Assembly: GCF_020745735.1 (NCBI RefSeq)
Contig: NC_083442.1
Coordinates: forward strand, 36,366,072-36,430,071
Source: Hemiscyllium ocellatum
Lineage: Eukaryota
DNA length: 64,000 bases
Reading direction: 5' to 3'
The translations under genes and the position numbers were made by a program. The notes under the pieces were generated by a model. The model worked only from the letters and a program-made list of their open reading frames with translations, had not been told where the DNA came from and did no database searches. Below are positions 58,860 through 64,000 of the stretch, piece by piece; position 1 is the first letter of the stretch; every line of letters begins with the position of its first letter.

Positions 58860-61260
58860 TCACTGGTGTAATGTGTGTAGTATCCATGCTTTCTTGCCTC
58901 AGACTTTTGCTGCTTGGGTAGTCAGCAACACTTGGTAGAGTCCTTCCCACTTGGCTCGCATGGTTCCTTATGCATAAACCCAAGCTCCCGAGACAATATC
59001 ATGACCTCCCCCTGGTAGATCACCACAGCCTGCAGATATCTGTTGGGAAGCAGAACTGACAGCATTGGTCAGGTCTTGACAATATTTCAACAGTGCGTCA
59101 CACATCAAGTGGCAATCAGCTTTCCATAAATCAGTGGTTCCTGACAGTGTTATGGGCCTTCCGATTATAACCTCAAATCAATTTAGACCCATACTTCTAC
59201 TCTGGTTTGCCCTGATACTGCATATAGGACCATGGTAATGCCTGGAGCCAGGGTATTCCCTTCTGATGATATTTGGCAAGTTGTTGTTTCACCATTTGTT
59301 TTGTTTGTTTCGCTTTATGATATGAAAGTCAGTGGAGTTGTTGACAGTGAGGAAGGTTGTGGCAGGTTACAGTGGGATATAGATAAGCTGCAGAGCTGGG
59401 CAGAAAGGTGGCAAATGGAGTTCAATGTAGGTAAGTGTGAAGTGATTCACTTTGATAAGAGTAACAAGAAGATGGGGTACTGGGCTAATGGTCGGATACT
59501 TGGTAGTATGGATGAGCAGAGGGATCTTGGTGTCCATGTATACAGATCTCTGAAAGTTGCCACCCAGGTAAATAGTGCTGTGAAGAAGGCATATGGCGTA
59601 CTGGCTTTTATTGGTAGAGGAATTGAGTTCCGGAGTCCTGAGGTCATGTTGCAGTTGTATAAGACTCTGGTGCGGCCGCATCTGGAGTATTGTGTGCAGT
59701 TTTGGTCGCCATACTATAGGAAGGATGTGGAGGCACTGGAATGGGTGCAGAGGAGGTTTACCAGGATGTTGCCTGGTATGGTAGGAAGATCGTATGAGGA
59801 AAGGATGAGGCACTTGGGGTTGTTTTCATTGGAGAAAAGAAGGTTTAGGGGTGACTTGATAGAGGTGTACAAGATGATTAGGGGTTTAAATAGGGTTGAC
59901 CATGAGAACCTTTTTCCACATATGGAGTCAGCTATTACGAGGGGGCATAGCTTTAAATTAATGGGTGGTAGGTATAGGACAGATGTTGGGGGTAGATTCT
60001 TTACTCAGCGAGTCGTGAGTTCATGGAATGCCCTGCCAGTAGCAGTGGTGAACTCTCCCTCTTTATGGGCATTTAACGGGCATTGGATAGGTATATGGAG
60101 GATAGTGGGCTAGTGTAGGTTAGGTGGGCTTGGATCGGCGCAACATGGAGGGCCAAAGGGCTGTATTTTTCTATGTTGTATGTTTGCCCTGATGATTGTG
60201 GGTGACTGGGGCAGTGGAAATCCCATTCGAAGTTCAGTAACCTGGCAGACAGCACCCATGATTCATGTCCCTTGGCCAGTGTCTATACTGATTGGGACTC
60301 CACACTGGGGAATGTAATCCTTGCATAAAACTTTAGCTGTGTGCTTGGCTGTGGCCCATTGAGTTGGAGCAGCCTCTATCCACCTGGAGAATTTATCGAC
60401 AACAACCAGAACATCCGTATATCCCTGACATGGTGGGAGAGATATATAGTTGACCTGTAAGTGCTAGAATGGACCCGCAGGAGCAGGAGGCCTCAGTTAA
60501 GGCATTGCTGTGATGGGTCTGGGGTTATTCTTTTGGCAAGTCCCACAGTGGTCTGCTACCAAGTGGGCATGTATTATTAAAATCCCTAACCCACTAGCTT
60601 TTTTGGAATCCTGCCATCATCTGTTGTGGAGCTAAATGCCCCCATGTGTGAATCTGTTGTGCCAAAAAGGACATCAATGGTTGCAGGACAACAGGTTTGT
60701 TGATATCACTTTGCCTCCAGACACCATCTTCATACAGTTTAATTTCTGTCTCAGTCCATGTTCCCTTTTCCTTTCGGGAGCATTGGCTTTGCATTGCTGC
60801 TAAATCTTGTGTCAAGGATCTGAGCATTTCCAGTTTGCACATTGCACTTTTGGGTGCCTACATTGTGAAGCTGCCTCCCTGGTTACCTGGTCCACCATGA
60901 CGCTGCAGTGTGCTTCCACAGTATTTTGTTTTGTGTATGCTTTACATTTCAGGATGGAGACTTCTTGGGGTAATTGTACGGCTTCTCCTAGGTTTTGGAC
61001 TTCGTTCCCATTTGGATAGGGGTACCACCAATGGTGAGGAATCTCCTCTTGTGCTGCAGTTAACTTGTGTGGATGAAGTTCTATGAATACTGGACATGTT
61101 CTTTTTATGTTTAGGCCTTCTCTCCTAGCCCTGCGAGCTGTTCGCACCTTACCATTCAAAGGTAAAGTAACATTGAGGCAGGCAGGTCAATTCTGTCCCC
61201 GTGTCCAGGAGACAGTCTATATCTTGCTTGCCCACCCTCCATAAGTATATGTTATATATA
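58860..61260 (-). pseudogene. pol: ERV pro-pol remnant (protease, RNase H C-terminus, integrase; CR1 inserted)
   Basis: CLLDTGTELT; EAVQLPQEVSILKCKAYT; HTWGH...CGTC; LVVVDKFSRWIEA; HPQSSGQ; KWEGLYQVLLTT. Confidence 0.88.
59317..60183 (+). mobile_element. Young CR1 3' fragment inserted into ERV integrase
   Basis: Uninterrupted CR1 ORF2 C-terminus within ORF 59232..60113; splits HPQSSGQ from the downstream integrase sequence. Confidence 0.9.
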
Positions 61261-61261
61261 A

Positions 61262-62075
61262 TTGTCCATCTCATTGCCAAATGCAACAAGATCTGGACAA
61301 TATCCAGGCTTGGCCTGACAAGTGGCAAGTAACATTTGCACCACACAAATGTCAGACAATGACCATCACCAATAAGAGACACTCTAACCACTGGCCATGA
61401 TTTTCAACAGTATTCCATCACTGAATCTCCCACTGTCAACATCCTTGGGATTACATTGACCAGAAACTCAACTGAACTCACCAGATAAACACAGTGGCTA
61501 CAAGAGCAGGTCAGAGACTAGGAATACTATAGCGAGTAACTTGCCTCCTGACACCCCAAAGTGTTTCCACAGGACACAAGTCAGGAATGTGATGGAATAT
61601 TCCCCACTTGCCTGGATGGGTGCAGCTCCAACAATACTCGAGAAGCTTCACACAATCCAGGACAAAGCAACCCTGCTTGATTGGCATATTCAATTCCCTC
61701 CACCACTGGTGCTCAGTAGCAGCAGTGTGTACTATCTACAAGATGTACTGCAGAAATTAACCAAAGATCAGACAGCACCTTCAAAACCCATGACCACTTC
61801 TATGTAGAAGGACAAGGGCAGCAAGTACTTGGGAACATCACCACCTGCAAGTTCCCCTCCAAGCCACTCATTATCCTGACATGGAAATATACTGCCGTTC
61901 CTTCACAGTCGTTGGGTCAAAATCTTGGAATTCCCTCTCTACTGGCATTGTGGGTCAACCCACAGCAAGTGGACTGCAGTGATTCAAGAAGGCAGCTCAC
62001 CACTGCCTTCTCAAGGGCAAATAGAGATGGGCTATCAATGCTGATCAGCCAACGATGTCCAGATCCTACAAATGA
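61262..62075 (+). mobile_element. L2/CR1-clade LINE fragment inserted between ERV gag and pro
   Basis: [19 protein letters not shown]; same family as 42760-43560. Confidence 0.85.
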
Positions 62076-62079
62076 ATTT

Positions 62080-63568
62080 TGTATTAGTGCAAGGAGAGGG
62101 TGAGGCCGGGCTCTGTTTTTTTTGTCAAATTAAGCAACTCTTTTTGAGGAGGGGCCTGTTCTCTGGGGGTTGTTCTCCAGACCTCCCTGTCCTTGGCTCT
62201 CTGTTTTGCCCTTCATGTGTTAGCCCAATGTCCCTCTTTTCTGTAATAGTGACACTTCCTAGGAAGTCTTCGTGGTAATTGCTTGTCCGGTTCTCTGAAT
62301 TTCCCTCCTGCGATCTGCGTGGTCCGACCTTTAGCTCCTATGTCCAATTGGTTGCATGGGTCTACCAGTTCTGCATGAGTTATTCCTATTCGGTCCCAGT
62401 CTGGCAGTGTTATCTACGTCTTGGATAACTCTGGCTTTTGTCCCACTACAAAAGCGGCTTTCAGGACACCAATGGTATTCGGGTCCCTCATTACTTATTC
62501 CCGAGTGTTCTAACTAAAAAAGTTTTAAAACGCTTGTTGTATTCCAACACATCTTCCGTTCTTTTCAGTTGACAGGCTGCAATCTTTTCCCAGGCCGTCT
62601 TTACAGGACTGGAATCCGTAACCATTGTTTGATCATTCCCCATCCGGTCTCAATCTTTTGTTCATTGTCCCTGAGGACCTCTTGTAACCTCCTACCCAAT
62701 CTCCTCCCCTCTCAGTTAGGTACCATCACGATCGGGATCTATGCTCCGCCCAACGGGTGGAGACTATCGATATCTTTTAAACATTCCACTTGTTCCCATG
62801 CTTTCAACCTTCCTTTTTAAGGGGGTAGTTTTTTTTAGACTATTTATCAATTTTCTCAGGATCCACTCGTTTGTGATAAAGTTTGGCATATCAATGTGAG
62901 ACTGTGACTACCCCATTGCTATTCTTTTATTTCTTCAGATTTAACTTTAGCTCATGTTGTTTTCAAGGGGGCGAGTCTCTGGATACCTTCTTCACAAGAG
63001 TCACTGGAGAATTCCAAATCTGTTTCTAAACCCACCTAGTGTCTCTGCACTTTCAGCTAATCACTTGTTAGTTGACTTAAGAAAGGGTACCCCAGCCAAG
63101 ATCTAGTGCATTTTCCCCTTGTCTACTAATTATGTTACTAGTTCTTTATATGATTGCTTCTTGTACCATTTAATTTCAAACTCTAAATTTTCATTTTTAA
63201 GTACCCATTTTTCTATCTCAAGTTTTGTTCTTTGTAGTCCTTCGCAAATTGCTGCCAGTTGGCTCTTGGTATTGGTCAAATCTCGCTTGTTTGGGAAAGC
63301 ATACCTGTCTCATGATGACCAGGGACTACCCGACTCATTCTTTCTCCATCATATGGGTTGTTTTACCTCAGACCCTTCTGATGTCGTCCAGGGACCTCTG
63401 TCCCATGGAGGTACCGTGCTCCTGTCTGATCTCAGTACAGGCCTTGAGTAAGCCAGATTGTTGCTCTATGTAGTCTTTTAGGTTTTGGAGAATTTCATCT
63501 GAAAAATCAATTGGGGCCTGCCTGCTTTTAATAGTAGAAGGTAACTGGCTGGTCTTATCGTCTGCCAT
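62080..63568 (-). pseudogene. gag: ERV gag (disrupted)
   Basis: ATG at 63568 after the leader; MHR-like CQLKRTEDVLEYNKRFKTF near 62520-62575. Confidence 0.7.
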
Positions 63569-63805
63569 TGTACGGGTTCTTTACGGGTCTCGAGCCATAC
63601 GCTTTCAGCTGGGTCGGTGACTAATTGTAGTCTCTGCTGATATCAGGGTGTTCTGTAAAAACGGGGCCTAAAGCCGTCTGCTACTCAGGAGAGTTTCGAG
63701 GTTGCAAGGGGGAAGAGACTGAATCCAGACAATTTACTGAGAAGTTTTACCTTAGGGAGCTGATGTAGGTCTGTTGTCCGGGATTTAACCCTTTATTCCT
63801 CCAGC

Positions 63806-63824
63806 AATCCTGCCGACTGTGCCA
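63806..63824 (-). promoter_or_regulatory. Primer-binding site, tRNA-Ser
   Basis: TGGCACAGTCGGCAGGATT versus the complement of the vertebrate tRNA-Ser 3' end, TGGCGTAGTCGGCAGGATT (2 mismatches; tRNA sequence recalled). Confidence 0.85.
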
Positions 63825-63827
63825 AAT

Positions 63828-64000
63828 TGTAAGATCTCATGATTTCTTTGTGAGAGTCTGAGGCTGATGGTAGATTCAGGCAACCTTTATTGTGGCACAT
63901 ATTGGTTACAGCTTCACATCTTCATGGCAAAAAGGCGTGCAAAAATTTTCTAATTAGCTTCTTTTATACAGCTCAAGAGCATAGTGCACATCCCCTTTGT
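63828..64000 (-). repeat. ERV 5' LTR (runs off the window)
   Basis: Ends ...ATCTTACA three nt before the PBS. Confidence 0.88.

Larger units (their letters stand above)
57275..64000 (-). mobile_element. Endogenous retrovirus, decayed: 5'LTR-PBS-gag-pro-(RT deleted)-RNaseH end-IN-env-PPT-3'LTR
   Basis: Paired LTRs, PBS, MHR, DTG protease, HHCC and integrase core, env CWVC / RFKR / LQNRMALD. Confidence 0.92.

Noticed and set aside
59232-60113. 293-aa ORF as a host gene or retroviral RT
   Set aside because: It is the CR1 ORF2 C-terminus inserted antisense into the ERV integrase; its N-terminal residues come from ERV antisense sequence

Overview
This is vertebrate genomic DNA. The HE1 V-SINEs, SacSINE1-like SINEs and dense CR1 and Penelope repeats point to an elasmobranch (shark). 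The left 35 kb holds three spliced genes, assembled by hand from GT/AG boundaries and reading phase. They are the last three coding exons of MTMR10 (+), a complete 13-exon FAN1 (-, 860 aa) converging on it, and a complete 11-exon MPHOSPH10 (-, 660 aa) ending about 0.45 kb from the FAN1 promoter. I found no host gene in the right 29 kb. That part holds nested CR1/L2 LINEs, Penelope-like elements (PLEs) with minimal hammerhead-ribozyme motifs, probable solo LTRs, minisatellites, and an old endogenous retrovirus (57275 to beyond 64000, -). The ERV has a tRNA-Ser primer site and a gamma-type env, and lacks RT. The most notable observations are: (1) FAN1 has no UBZ4 zinc finger or SPYF box and carries a coding 30-bp GC-rich VNTR; (2) ~375-nt circularly permuted hammerhead-bearing mini-Penelope units that resemble retrozymes; (3) the RT-less ERV; (4) a 33-bp near-perfect intronic hairpin in FAN1. 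Repeat boundaries are approximate, and orthologue comparisons rest on recalled sequences, not database searches.
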